Notes under the pieces: generated by a model
The model's input: the letters and a program-made list of their open reading frames with translations, nothing else
The model's database searches: none
What the model was told of the DNA's origin: nothing
Shown: piece after piece, positions 1 through 12,676 of the stretch
Layout of the letters: each line of letters opens with the position of its first letter
Numbering within the stretch: position 1 is the first letter of the stretch
Position numbers and translations under genes: made by a program
DNA from: Chrysomallon squamiferum
Lineage: Eukaryota; Animalia; Mollusca
Length of the DNA stretch: 64,000 nucleotides
Reading direction: 5' to 3'
NCBI GenBank assembly: GCA_012295275.1
Contig: CM022671.1
Coordinates: 3,286,001-3,350,000, forward strand

Positions 1-533
1 TAAATACTGGAAGGTAGGCAGACTGGCAAATAGGTGCATAGGTGTGTGTATGTTTGTAGCTAGGTAAACAATTAAGTATATATGTGTATGCATTTAATGA
101 TGTATGTATTTTTGTAAATATGTATGTATGTATGTATGTATATGAGTTTATGCATGTAAATAATTACATACCATAAGTTTAAAAAGTCCAGGTCTAAGTA
201 CCATTGTTTTTGGTAAAAAGCCAAACCTTTCTATGTTTTAAGTAATTACTCTCTACCTTTGTGAAAGAACCTTTCAAATCAATTCAATAGTAAATAGCCT
301 GATATTTAATACACCTCAAACAACAAATATTTATATTATTTGATAATGATTTTTCCAATCTTCACTTAAAGGCATAAATTAACTCCCTTCAATCCTGTTT
401 CTTAGATTACTTACAAATAACATTGATGCAGTCTGACTGATGTTTAAAAGGGTTAATCAAACTAAAACAATCAAATCTGATAATGTTGATATCAACAAAA
501 CATATGATAGTGAAAATAATATTTCTGTATTAC

Positions 534-3500
534 CTTGATTGTTTTATCTGATGATCCACTGACTATTCGGGTGTCATCAAACTGAACACAGGAAATACCT
601 GAAAGTTTAAAACAATCAGGATTAATTTCAAACAACTGCAATAACTAAATAAAACACATTTGACGTATGTTAAATATAATCTGTTATGAGAATATACCTA
701 TTTCACATCTAATAATATTAATAAAAATATAATTAAGCAATTTTGTTTTTTAATTTGTATTTTAAAACTTACCTTGAGTGTGACCTTCAAATGTCCTAAC
801 AGTGCATCGCCCTCGAAGCCAGTTATTTCGAAGTCGAAATCTTTCAGCAAAAACATTTTTCCACTAAAACATAAATATTTATTAATATGATTCTTTCAAT
901 ATTACATTCCTTCAAACAATGTTATTAGACAGATTTCCTTTCTATAATAATATCTTCTTAAATAACTGTGTTTATAAATGTACATGTATGCTCTCTGTCA
1001 CTGAAATTGAATTATAAAAGTAAATTTAATAATAGCTATCTTGCAATGGCATTTGGCTCGTAACTCACTTGTGTTTCATCTTCTGGGTTCAAATTATTAT
1101 AATAATTCAAATGATCAAATGACCTGTACTCTTTCAATCGACAACTGAAGATGTTATCAATAGCAAACAAAAAATATAATTAAATTTTTTTTTAAAATAC
1201 AATTTAGAAGTATGGAATATGGAATTCATTTATGCTGTTTGTTAACACAAGACTTTTATGTTAGTTTGCTATTTGGATCTCTTTTTGTAAATATAAACTT
1301 GCCTGAATGCTTCCTTCTAGTGACATGTGACTGATAACTTGCTTGTGTTCTGCAGCTTTTGACAATCTCCATTTTTGCTGGCAACAAAACCGTCGCCATA
1401 GTGACGGATCACTAGCTAGCAGTTGCCACATTTTGCATACCTGTGCAGCCCGACACAAACTAACTGTTAAAAAAAAAAAAAAAAATTTAAATTATATTTA
1501 CTTACATAAGAGAGACTCTACTAAGTTAACAATAAGCATGATACTGTAATTTTATAATACAAAGGGTAACATTTTATTAACTTTACAATTATTTTATGTA
1601 TCCTGTACAGCTTTAATTACTCTATAATCCAAAAAAAAAAAAAAAAAAAAAAAATAATAATAATAATAATAAAAAAAAAAATAAATATTATTATTTAAAA
1701 AATAATTAACCTATAAATCAAGACATATTTAATGTTTTAAGCCAGTATTACGACAAAGAATGAAAACTCTAAAATTATAAATATTTAAAATAAAGCATGC
1801 ACAGTGTTTGGTAATTCACCAGGATCAAGGTAATCCATGATTTTGGCAGCGAGTGTGGCTGGAAGCCATGTAACAATGTCCTGGCAGTTTGGAGGACAAC
1901 CGCGATGAAGGTTTGCCTCCATTTTCACAGACAACAAATGAATCTGAGGCAAGTCACAGCCGCTCTGAAGTCAAACAAACATGTAATTAATAAAACTCTG
2001 TAGTGTTAAAAGCTTTGCATAATCAACACATCAATGCTTGTCTACATGTATATTATAGTTTGTCAAAAGGAAAATACATCTATGAGTAACATTAGCACAT
2101 GTTGATGCATTTTCAGTCTTAATTTTATTGACATTTGTTTTTAAAAATTAATAAATAACTTCAACTTCAGTATTATGTATTGATTATTATGTATATTTAG
2201 TGTATAAGAAGAAGATTTGATTTTGATTAAATAAAACTGGTTTTATTTTAACTTCTTACCAGCAGACTTTTGAGGAGAATATTTTTCTGTTCATCATTAA
2301 AATCAGAAAACCATCTCATAATTGTCTGAAAAAAAGAAATTATTTTTCAATTTATGTTTTTGCCCTTTCTTGTCAGGTCTCTTGACCTGTTTATCAAATG
2401 GCATGCCTTCTGTTTTCATATCTTCAACATATTAAACGTATCTTACAACTCACTGGAAAAACTTTACAAACAACTTCTTTTCTCCCAACTAATTTTTTTT
2501 CTTTTTTACAATTAAATTTATATTCAAAGTTATATATATTACCAAAAAATTTACACAACTTTTTCTGTATTTTTGAAAATTCTCCTGAAGCTGATCAACT
2601 AATTATTAATTAATTAATTAATTAACTGTCTTAAACTTACTACAAGTTTCTCTCTGAACACTGTAGGTTTCACTCCTTCTCTGTAGTCTATCACCTCCTC
2701 ATTATCAGACAGGTGCACGGAATCCGATTTTGTCAGTTTGTTTGATGACGTTGTTTTACACAAAACGTGAGGTAAGTGTGACTTCTGAGAATACAAATTT
2801 TTAATGGCAGCCGTCTGCTGTAACAGGGATGCAGCTGGAGGTGGGTCCTCTTCACTGTCACTTGAATAGTCACTACGCCGGTATTTGTAATGTCTTCCAG
2901 AATGCTTGGAAAAATGTCCCCAGCAAGCAACTTCTAATGGCCTCTGATGACAACCAGAATCTGATGAGTTGTTTGTGTTGATGTTTTCTGAACAAGAATC
3001 CCCATTCATATTTCCACTGTAATACTGTTTAGAATCTTCGGCAATTTCTGATGAAGGTGTTACACTTTTAGAAGAAAGACCATTTTGAGTTATACTAGAA
3101 ACATTTTCATTGTAATCCAGTTCTTCTGGGCTTTCACTAGAAGACACTGTTGTATCAAAAGGAAATGACTGGTATTTGGGGGGACAAGAATTTTGGCTTT
3201 GGGTGTTGTTTTCACCAAATGCAAATGATGTTGTTGCCATCAAAGATGGTTTAGACGGTGATCTGAACTGGACAGCAAATGGTTCAGAGGAATTTGATCT
3301 TACAAGTTGATGACGCTGTTGTCTGTCACATAAGCTACTGTCGTGACGAACTTCAGCTGAAGATGAAGTAGACAGTGATGTAAAATCGGTTTCAAAAACA
3401 TCTAGGCTGTTATCACAATCACTATCGGCATGGCCATTCATGGAAACTTTCCACAGTTTGTAAGGTGTGGGATCTGACATCAATCTCTGAAATGTGTCTG

Positions 3501-3777
3501 ATTCACTGTTGTTGAGAATATCAGTCACATCAGAATAACTGCCAGAGAAACATGGTGATGATGGTAGACCAGAATCTTTTGACTGAATTCTGTGTTTCTC
3601 TGGAACTTCCGTCACATGACTAGGAGCTGATAACCTTCTTCCCTCAGAACATTCTCCAAAATATGAAGATTTCATTTCAAATCCATTATTTCTGGTCACC
3701 TCATCATCGGCACTGCTGACAAAATCGATCTTCAGTTCAACATCATTCACATTGTTTGTATTTACAATGCCTTCCAT
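534..3777 (-). CDS. F-box/WD40-repeat protein (FBXW7/beta-TrCP/Met30-like architecture) with long Ser-rich N-terminus; 3' part runs off the window start
   Basis: Exons joined in frame by hand: 3777-2641 (Ser-rich), 2325-2260 (TIMRWFSDFNDEQKNILLKSLL), ~1964-1820 (..QDIVTWLPATLAAKIMDYLDP, F-box start), ~1464-1303 (SLCRAAQVCKMWQLLASDPSLWRR), 863-773 (WKNVFAERFRLRNNWLRGRCTVRTFEGHTQG), 598-534 (ISCVQFDDTRIVSGSSDKTIK, WD40). An acceptor 4 nt upstream of the ATG implies an upstream exon (candidate donor at 4379). Confidence 0.88.
864..1302 (-). other. GC-AG intron in the F-box/WD40 gene
   Basis: Donor CAG|GCAAGT at 1302 and acceptor TTTTAG|TGG at 864. The phase-0 join gives ..EGSIQ|WKNVF..; no in-frame GT donor precedes the stop at 1261. 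Confidence 0.8.
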
Positions 3778-4379
3778 TAATCTGGTAAGAAAATATGCAA
3801 CTTTTCATAGTAATAACAATTTACTGATTGTAAATTTACTGATATTGTTCACTGACAAATATAATCATTTAAATTACTGGAATATATCCTTGTTGTTTTG
3901 TGGGTTTTTTTTTTTACTATGATTCACTTTAATATTCATTTTCTAATAGCTCTGTCACTATATCAGTATATGGTTTGAACAAAATATTTTATTATTTATT
4001 ATTTTATATTATTCCAAAATAATGTTTAATTTATATGAGTCTACATAAATTTTTGGTAGTGTCAAAGTGTTTTTAATACAAAGAGTATAAAATATAAATT
4101 ATGAAAAGAATAAACTGAATTTTGTGCAAATTATAAAACTCGTTTTCTAACAGTATTAATTTGTTTATACAACTGCATTAATACAGCATATTCTTGTTCA
4201 CTTCCTGTGAAAATTGTAATTTTTATCTTGTTTTGTACAAGTCGATTGTTGATGAAAAACGAAATCGTTTAAATCAGTATAACTTATGATTATTTTTCAG
4301 TAACTACATAAAGAAGTACAGGATATTGTCGAATATGTCATTTACACGCTTTTATAAGGTTAATTTAAAATGAACTTAC

Positions 4380-5161
4380 TACCATTTAAAGCGTTTAGTC
4401 CAAAAATTCCCTTCCATGAATTTACGACCTTGACATTTATTCCAAAATCTATAACTATGCCAAAGGAATGTTCCATCTCTCTGATAGGTGACATAAATAA
4501 TTATTAATAATTTTGTAATGAACTGAACTATTTAATAGTGTAATTGTTTTTTAATATTTGATTAATACTAAACTTTAAAAATTAATTACAATTAATAACT
4601 TTAAATTCTTAATGTTGTTTTCATTTTTGTAAACAATTCCCCTAAACCCTGTAGACTGAAGTTATTAAAAAGAAGATAACCAGTCTATGGAGTAGTCTTA
4701 TTCGATTGCAAATTCAAGTCACTTGTAATTTGTTTTTATTTTATTGTTTTATTTTATTTATTTTTTATTTTTATTTTTTTTTTTTTTTTCAGTATTTATG
4801 ACACATTTCCAAATTCCAAGTTGTATAGATATTTGTAACGACAATAACAACAATAATAATCTCCTTATTTATTAATCTGCAAAGTTTAAATGTTTGCAAA
4901 TATTAATGATGTGAATTGTTTAATATTTCTGTTAAGAAAATAATGCCACGTTCGGATTGTCTATTGAAGAAGGATATGTTTCAACATGAGTTTTTTCTAT
5001 ATTTACCAGAACTTGTTAGTTCCTGGAAAATATAATATTGCTGCTCTAGTATAAATTTAAAACTTAATTTAAAAATATAACTTTCATCTAATGAAAAAAT
5101 ACAAAGATGACAAAGCCACAATCCATTTTGTTATTAATGTAAATTTAACAACAACAACCAA

Positions 5162-5206
<45 letters not shown>

Positions 5207-5355
5207 TTATAAAGATACAAAGATAAAGTCACAAAACAATTTATTAAATAATTTTCTCTTACAATAAAATAAGCTCTCCTTCTACTGATTGTTAATCGAG
5301 TATTTCGCTTTTCGGTGTACTGGTGTATTTATACGGAAGTAGTGGAGCTGCAATT
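4380..5355. promoter_or_regulatory. Probable divergent promoter region of the F-box gene and LAMTOR5
   Basis: Head-to-head genes, local CpG enrichment, and an ETS-type CGGAAGT at 5334-5340 just upstream of the LAMTOR5 ATG. Confidence 0.5.
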
Positions 5356-5620
5356 ATGGAGAAAACATTAGAAAAACATTTAGATGAAATGTAAGATTTT
5401 CATATATAATTAGCTTATCAGCTGTATTTTATAGATGACTAGTTACTTGTCTAATTAATCTTCTTCACCTGTACGTAAGTAGCACAAACTGTGTCATTGA
5501 TTTTGATATCAACTCAATCAAGACACGAAATTTGTACTAATCAACCATCTAATGAATCACTGAATCAGTGAATGCCTTAAAATTTAAGTTAAATTAATAT
5601 ACATACTTTTGTTACACCGC

Positions 5621-5670
<50 letters not shown>

Positions 5671-5992
5671 ATCTTTGAAAATTAATGATATAAACATAAT
5701 ATTATTAACACAATATCATTTTTAATTGCAGCTTTCGTACACCAGGTGTAATAGGCGTTTTGTGTACTGATGAGCACGGCTTATGTTTATCTGGTACGTT
5801 TCACGTATTTGCATATTTGTATGGCAAAATTATTTATAAATCGACTGTACCATGATTTATTTTTCTAGACATCATTCACGTACTACATTTCTTTAAGAAA
5901 TGTTTTCCATTAAACAGATCAGTGTAGACCTCTTACAAATTTATTTCAAACTTACCCCAATGAAAAATGATTAATTATTATTGTTGTTGTTG

Positions 5993-6062
<70 letters not shown>

Positions 6063-6620
6063 TTGCTCTCACTTTCTCCATATTTATTAACAAAGATTTT
6101 AAATATATATTTTCTTTGTGGATTTGGTTTTCAGCAAAAGGAACAGCAAAGAAACAGTTTGCTGGTCCAGTGTCTACAATTGCCAGACAAGCCAAAGATG
6201 TCAGCTGTCAATCAGGATCTAGTCCTGTAGTTTGCATTGAAACTGAAACTGGGTAATAATAATTTAAAAATATTAAATATGAGTAAAGTCAGTTCTATAT
6301 TCAAATTAAAAAAAAAAAAAAAATTTCACTGCTATGAAAATAACAGAATTACTACATATAAATGAGCTCCAACTATAATTTTTAGAAGATGTTAATACAA
6401 TTTTAAAATGACATTATTTATTTTTGAAAAAATGATATATTTGAACAGAGAATAAAAACACTCATCTTTCATTTGAACATTTTAAAAACAGATTAATTCA
6501 TTGTTGTTTTTTTTTTTTTTTTAATTTATAAACTACTAAATCTTATATTTGTATTGTTACAGGAGTGTACTTATAAAAAATGATGACAAACTGACTGTGG
6601 CTCTTTTCAAAGCTTCTTGA
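5356..6620 (+). CDS. LAMTOR5: Ragulator complex subunit LAMTOR5 (HBXIP), 91 aa, 4 exons
   Basis: Exons 5356-5390, 5732-5793, 6135-6252 and 6563-6620, all GT-AG. Protein MEKTLEKHLDEIFRTPGVIGVLCTDEHGLCLSAKGTAKKQFAGPVSTIARQAKDVSCQSGSSPVVCIETETGSVLIKNDDKLTVALFKAS matches LAMTOR5 motifs (GVLCTD..GL, PVVC.E). Confidence 0.95.
5998..6062. repeat. (ATT)n microsatellite; representative of many (also ~5162-5206, 5623-5668, 8212-8265, 36990-37020, 48609-48641, 59247-59288, 61273-61329)
   Basis: Perfect trinucleotide runs visible directly. They create the spurious poly-I, poly-Y and poly-N ORFs. Confidence 0.95.
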
Positions 6621-8049
6621 TACTCAGACCTGTGACATCATGAACATAACAGAATACAAAAAATGTGACATTATTACAAACAGTTATGTGTATGAACAGT
6701 GGGACAAAAATGTATAAACAAAAGTGACAACAATGTATGGACATATGATTGGATCATAGGATTGTCTTATTATACATCAGTATGATAATAAATGATTCCC
6801 AATTTAATTCATCAAATCAGTTTTCATTGCAGTTAAATTAACTCCTGATTTTCATCACTAATCAGTTTTTGATCCATATAAAGCATAGATTTTAATTCAC
6901 TTAATTTACAAATTTTAAAATGTTCACAATCATGTACAATTCACCATTCTTTCAGTTCCAGATGTTTATTGAATTATACACAGATTGTAAAGCAGATAAT
7001 CTATTCATTTAATTCCACAAATGCAAACAGTTATTTCAGAAGTTATTTCTCAAATTCTTGCCATACTCCCAAGAAAATCCCATGCAGTGAAAGAAAGTTA
7101 AATGAAAATTGAAAGAAATGGAAACACTGAATAGAACCTGCTTTTGTAAATTTCTGAAAATGTGATACAGTATGTCTCATAATATTATCCATGCTTATAT
7201 TAAAATCAGTGATTCAAGCAAAGACGGACAGCATCTAGTTAAAATTGTTGATATGATCAAGATATGAATTGCAAATTATTTTTTTTTGTTTTTTTGTTTA
7301 TTTGTTTTACACAAAACTGTATCTGTTAAATTGTTAATATTAGCTACCAAGCACAAATGAAAAAAAATGTTTAGAATTATAATACTGTGTTATTGTACAA
7401 TAAAAATACTACTACAGCTGATAATGTTACTAGTTTGTTTGAACAGAGCAGTCAGTCAAGCTGACCACTTACCTTTGTAAATCATGTTTCACTATTATCT
7501 GTATAGTTCACATATTACTACTTATCCACAAATTTATAAAGTCCAGCTTATGTAACTAACATACTGATATGTATCTGTAGATCACATACAACTACTTACA
7601 TTTGTAATTCAGATACAAGTTGTATTTAGTTAATATACCACTGCTTTGCAGTTCAAATTCAAGTTATATTTATAGTTCACATATAACTACTTATCTTTCA
7701 TATATCAAACCTACAAACTACTTATTTTTGTTGTTTACATCCCACTATTATTATTATTATTATATAAAATTTATATATATATATATATATATATGTATGT
7801 ACATGTACATACATACTTATAAACGCAACAATTTTATAATTTAGTAATCCAACAAATTATTTCATATATAGTAAATTATGCGTTTTTTTTTTTGTGTTTT
7901 TTTGTTTGTTTGTTTCTTTGTGTACGTACTAAATCAACTTTATTTTATTTTACATATTTATTAATTATTTATTTATTTTAATTAATAAATTAAGGTAACA
8001 AAATGTGTGTGTGTGTGTGGGGGTGTTTGAAAAGTAGTAGTAGGGTGAT

Positions 8050-8147
8050 GACATGCGCAGTACCCACCTAACGATATAAATTCTGACGTATTCAATGACA
8101 GTGCCATGACGTAATGATAACTTTTGCACTGATGAACGCTTTCTAAA
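8050..8147 (+). promoter_or_regulatory. Proximal promoter of the orphan gene with CRE-like sites
   Basis: TGCGCA at ~8054, TATAAA at 8075-8080, TGACGTA at 8084-8090 and TGACGTAA at 8107-8114, all within 100 nt of the ATG. Confidence 0.45.
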
Positions 8148-8212
8148 ATGTATCTATTTAATATTTTTATTATTTTTGGTTTATTTCTTTCCGTCAGTGG
8201 ACGTAAGTCTGA

Positions 8213-8266
<54 letters not shown>

Positions 8267-10777
8267 GCTCTATCTACCACAGCATACTTTTTTAAAATTC
8301 ACTTGTCGCAAAATACAAATAATATAAAGGTTACGTAAATATGTTGAAAATATACAGACAACTATAAATATAAGATACATAAACTCTTCCACAATTAGTA
8401 TTATGAGCAAAATGTAAAGAATTAACATTTTTGTTTAATTTTGTTTTGTGTCTTTTTCTAAATTTGATTTCTAAAGCTGATATATATGTATTGTAGATGT
8501 TACATGTTTTTAGATTTTTGACAAATATATTTCTAATTACGGTTGTTCCTAAATACTAAGTAATGGATTAAAAGAGCAATAAAATACGTTTATGTGCGGT
8601 GACTAGCAGAATTTAATAAAACGAGCACAACTGGAGCATTAGTTAAACCTAATTCATATAATGTATTTAAGTTAAAAGTTATATATATATATATAGGCAT
8701 TTCTTTTGTTTCTAGACTTCATCAAGAAACAAAATAATCCAATAAATATACACAAGACAACTAAATACAAGTCACCTAATCGATTAAAGGAGAAAAATAA
8801 CGATCACGACAAACTCATTAATATTATACGCTCCTTGTCAATTAGTAAAGATAAAAGGAGAGGAGATAAAACATACATGCACAGATATAGTTCGATGATG
8901 AAATCAAAAATAAATATCCAGGGACTTCCTCTGTTTGGTCAGAAGAAAAATCATACAAATAAGAATGTTTCCACGAATAAGTCGGCTACTAACAGTACCA
9001 ACGTGAAGAACAACAACGGAACACGGTTTTCTAGAAAACGCCGATACGCGTATGAAGATACGTACGAATGGGAAGATGACAATAAGCTACTGGAATACGA
9101 CGTGAGTACAAATAAACTGTCAAATAAAATTATTTATATGTCCAAGTTTTTATTTTATAGTTTTATCAATACTCACAACAAAGCAGGACAATAAAATTAT
9201 ACTGTTCTAAAATATTTGTTTGCCGCCATTTTATCTTTCCAAAACTGGAGTTGTGACGTTATATCTTAATTTTTCTAACAACAGTAGAAGCAACTTCAGA
9301 ACGAACAGAGTCGCCTGTACGCCATGACGTCACGACTACACAATGATGGCGGCGTGTATGTGTTTTTTTAAGCGCTCTTTTTTGTCATTATAGCATTTAA
9401 AACAAATTATGATATTCGTAAATAATTAGGACAGAACGACACCTTACATAACTTGGATGTATGCAGAACATCATTTTTGTTAAACTAATATTTTTGGTTT
9501 TGTGCATTGTGTGGGATACTTGATTATAGTTAACATCTAAAAAATTGAAATGAATAAGGGAAAAACACACACGTCTCTCTCTCTCTCTGTCTCACACACA
9601 GACATACGTTATTCTTGGTCGTTCAGACTAATCTATAATAATAATAATCATAATAATAACAACAACGTAATAACATATTTCTCAGGTAGATGAAGATTCT
9701 ACAATTCAGAGAATTGGTCGTCACTGGAAAAAGGTTGCTGCTGCTTTATGTTTCCTAGGTTCTGCATTAATCCTTTCTTGTATCTGCTGCCGTCTCGGTT
9801 GCACGGTATGCTGGCCACAGATGAAAGACGCCTGTTTTATGATGTATTGTCCACTACTGGACGTTCTTAAATCTCAGTATGACATGTGGTGTACAGACGA
9901 GGGTGAACAGTGTAAGCATATGTATATTTATAATAGTACCAGATGCTATCACTTGTATCTAAATGCATCTATATATATATATATATGTAAATGTAATATT
10001 GCTAGCTACAATAAGTTTCAGTTTACAGTTATCACTGTTTATAAGTAAATTTACTTGTGATGTTTAGCGAATATTTGTATAAGGTTGTTTATCGATATAT
10101 ATTAATATATATATATACTCTCATTTGTGTATAAATGTATATGCAATGTTGTTACATGATATTCATTTGCAAATAGTATAATGTAATATTTGAAACTGTA
10201 ACATAGTGACTTCATATTTATATGTAAATGAATATAACAGTGAACCATTTCTAGTTTTTCGATGCGAATACCTGTAACTAAACGAATAAAGTGAATTCCC
10301 GATATGTGTATAAATGAAATAACTGTATTTGTTTTTGTACTAATATGTATGTAAAATGTGTAATGTAATTATGAATGTATAATGTAGTTACGAAATGGAT
10401 GTTTTGTACAGTTGCCATTGCTGATAAGTAAAAATGCATTTGAAGTGTTAGCAGATATTTGTAAATACATTTATAATGTCGCTAACAGAGGTATAAAGCT
10501 TAGTTATATTACAATATTAATTTGATTTATTAATGGTCTTTTTCGTCTTTTTAAGATCGAATAAAATATAGTTTTACTTCTTTTTTTTTTTTTCTCAGTG
10601 GAACGCGAGTTTCGCCAGGTTGCTGAAATGTTGGGTATAAAACTTTCACTAGAAGACTTTCAGGAGATAAAAGAACATTACGGTTTCGATGAAGGAGAAA
10701 CCATTAAAGACTTTAGTACTCTCAGGGGTGCGGCCAAGAAGTGGGAGGTAGAAGTGAGCGGGGTACCCGTTATATAG
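8148..10777 (+). CDS. Uncharacterised type I membrane protein (281 aa) with signal peptide, furin-type site and Cys-rich juxtamembrane region
   Basis: Exons 8148-8202, 8716-9101, 9686-9911 and 10599-10777 with GT-AG sites and matching phases (1,0,1); total 846 nt = 282 codons. Signal peptide MYLFNIFIIFGLFLSVSG, RKRR at 9033-9044, TM VAAALCFLGSALILSCICC, C-terminus ..KKWEVEVSGVPVI. Confidence 0.75.
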
Positions 10778-10835
10778 AACAATTTTTGGAAGTTCAAAAT
10801 ATTTTTTTAAAAAGGAGTAATATATATATATTTTA

Positions 10836-10883
<48 letters not shown>

Positions 10884-10912
10884 TATTATTATTATTATTA
10901 TTATTATTATTT
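10836..10912. repeat. Abutting (AAT)n/(ATT)n inverted microsatellite (palindrome)
   Basis: An (AAT)n run switches directly to (ATT)n at ~10882, giving self-complementary arms of about 30 bp. Confidence 0.9.
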
Positions 10913-12182
10913 AAATACATTTAAACCAAGACGATTGTACGGACAAGTACGTTGATAAATTTATCAGAATTATTCTTGAATGATATGGTATTAAATTATA
11001 TATATTTGCATTTCTTTCATTTTCATTCTCTTGTGGCTTCGTTTTTAAATTAAATTTTGAGCTGAGCAAAGGCAATGAACAATAAAATATCGTTCACTTC
11101 AACTTTTGAAGTTCATCCCCATAGCTACTAAACAGTTATTTAGTCGAATAAAATACTTAGCAACTGTTTCCTGTATTATAGCCGTTAAACGTATTCTGTT
11201 ATTCTAGAAATAGTCTTTTTCTGTGTAATCTTAAATACAATATTTGAAAGGCGTTGAGCATTTGTCTAAAGAATGTGAATATGTAAGTGATATTTGAATG
11301 TGTTATGTTTTTTCACTGCTGAAACATTAGTAAAATAAAATTTGTCTTATTTTCAACATTATCTTCTTCAATTATGCGATTCACAAATTCATTATACTTG
11401 TACAATTTTTTTTTATTTTTTTTTTTAATAATTTAGTGAAAACGAGGTCATTTACTTTTTGTTTACTTACAAATTAATACTGTCATTCAAAGAAGCTCTT
11501 TCCCTGCATTTTCATTTCACTACAAAAAAAAAAATTCATTCCTGTTACCATGGAGATGGGTTTTTCAACATAAATTCGGAATGATCTGACGTAATTCTTT
11601 ACGTCCTGTTGTTAACGTTTAACAAATTTAGATATCTAATTAGCTAGTTAGGAATGCCTAATCATTTAAATTTAGAAACAGTTTTTATTTTTTGAGCTAA
11701 GGTTTATTGTTATAAATGCTCTAACTGAAGATGCACGTTTATTTTATGTCGTGGTAAGCATATTTATAATTTTAATATCTGAATTAAAGGACAAATGTCG
11801 TCTCAATATCATTACGAAATAATTGTATACTGCAGCACGATATGTTTCATCTAACACAGAGCTGTGATTATTCACATAAATAAATGAGTAATTATTTGTA
11901 TTAATTTTGTTTCAGAAATATCACTATGAATTTGCTATATCAGCAAAATTAACTATTTTTGTCCCCCATTTATATAATTTATTTTCAATACAGAAATTTG
12001 AACAATATAGAAATTATAAGTTTTCTATAAATTAAACCGTTCTGAATTTCTTTACAATTTTGTTTTTGCTCCCAGAATCTATAAAACGAGGTTGTTTAAT
12101 TTTAGCATTGCTACAAAATGATAACAGATCTGCATTTGTATGGTTTTGTTTTTGTTGGTTTTTTTTTTTTTTCTTCTTCTTT

Positions 12183-12229
<47 letters not shown>

Positions 12230-12676
12230 TACTACTATCTACTACTTTATTTAAATGGCAATTGTAACTAGAGTAACCTGTGAATGTGTAAACGTGTTAT
12301 TGTTCTCAACTTGAACCTTCTCTTCTCTCTCCCAAAATACTCAAAAAGACACACCCTTTGTCTTTAATAATTCATGTGAAAGAAATCTCAGATAAAAACA
12401 GTCATTGATATAACATTTAATTAATCATTTTCTTCACAAATATATATTAATATAGACATCATCATCACTGTGCCTTTTAAAACAACTAACATAAAATATA
12501 TATCATCAATTAAAATGGCAGAAATGAAGTTAGTGATGGCATTATAGAATCACACATAAAATGGCAGTTAAGTGATATAAATGAACTATAAAAATAATGT
12601 CACGTTTTGCAAAATGTCTGTCAGTAGTAATACACCAAACAATAAAGCGTTGGAATGTTTTGATTTTTGCGTCAAA

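Noticed and set aside
1045-1095. A-box/B-box-like motifs (TGGC..GGTTCAAAT) suggesting a tRNA
   Set aside because: No cloverleaf stems can be formed; at most a decayed SINE head.
5967-6256. Poly-Ile and poly-Tyr ORFs
   Set aside because: Translations of an (ATT)n intronic microsatellite; only 6135-6252 is a real LAMTOR5 exon.
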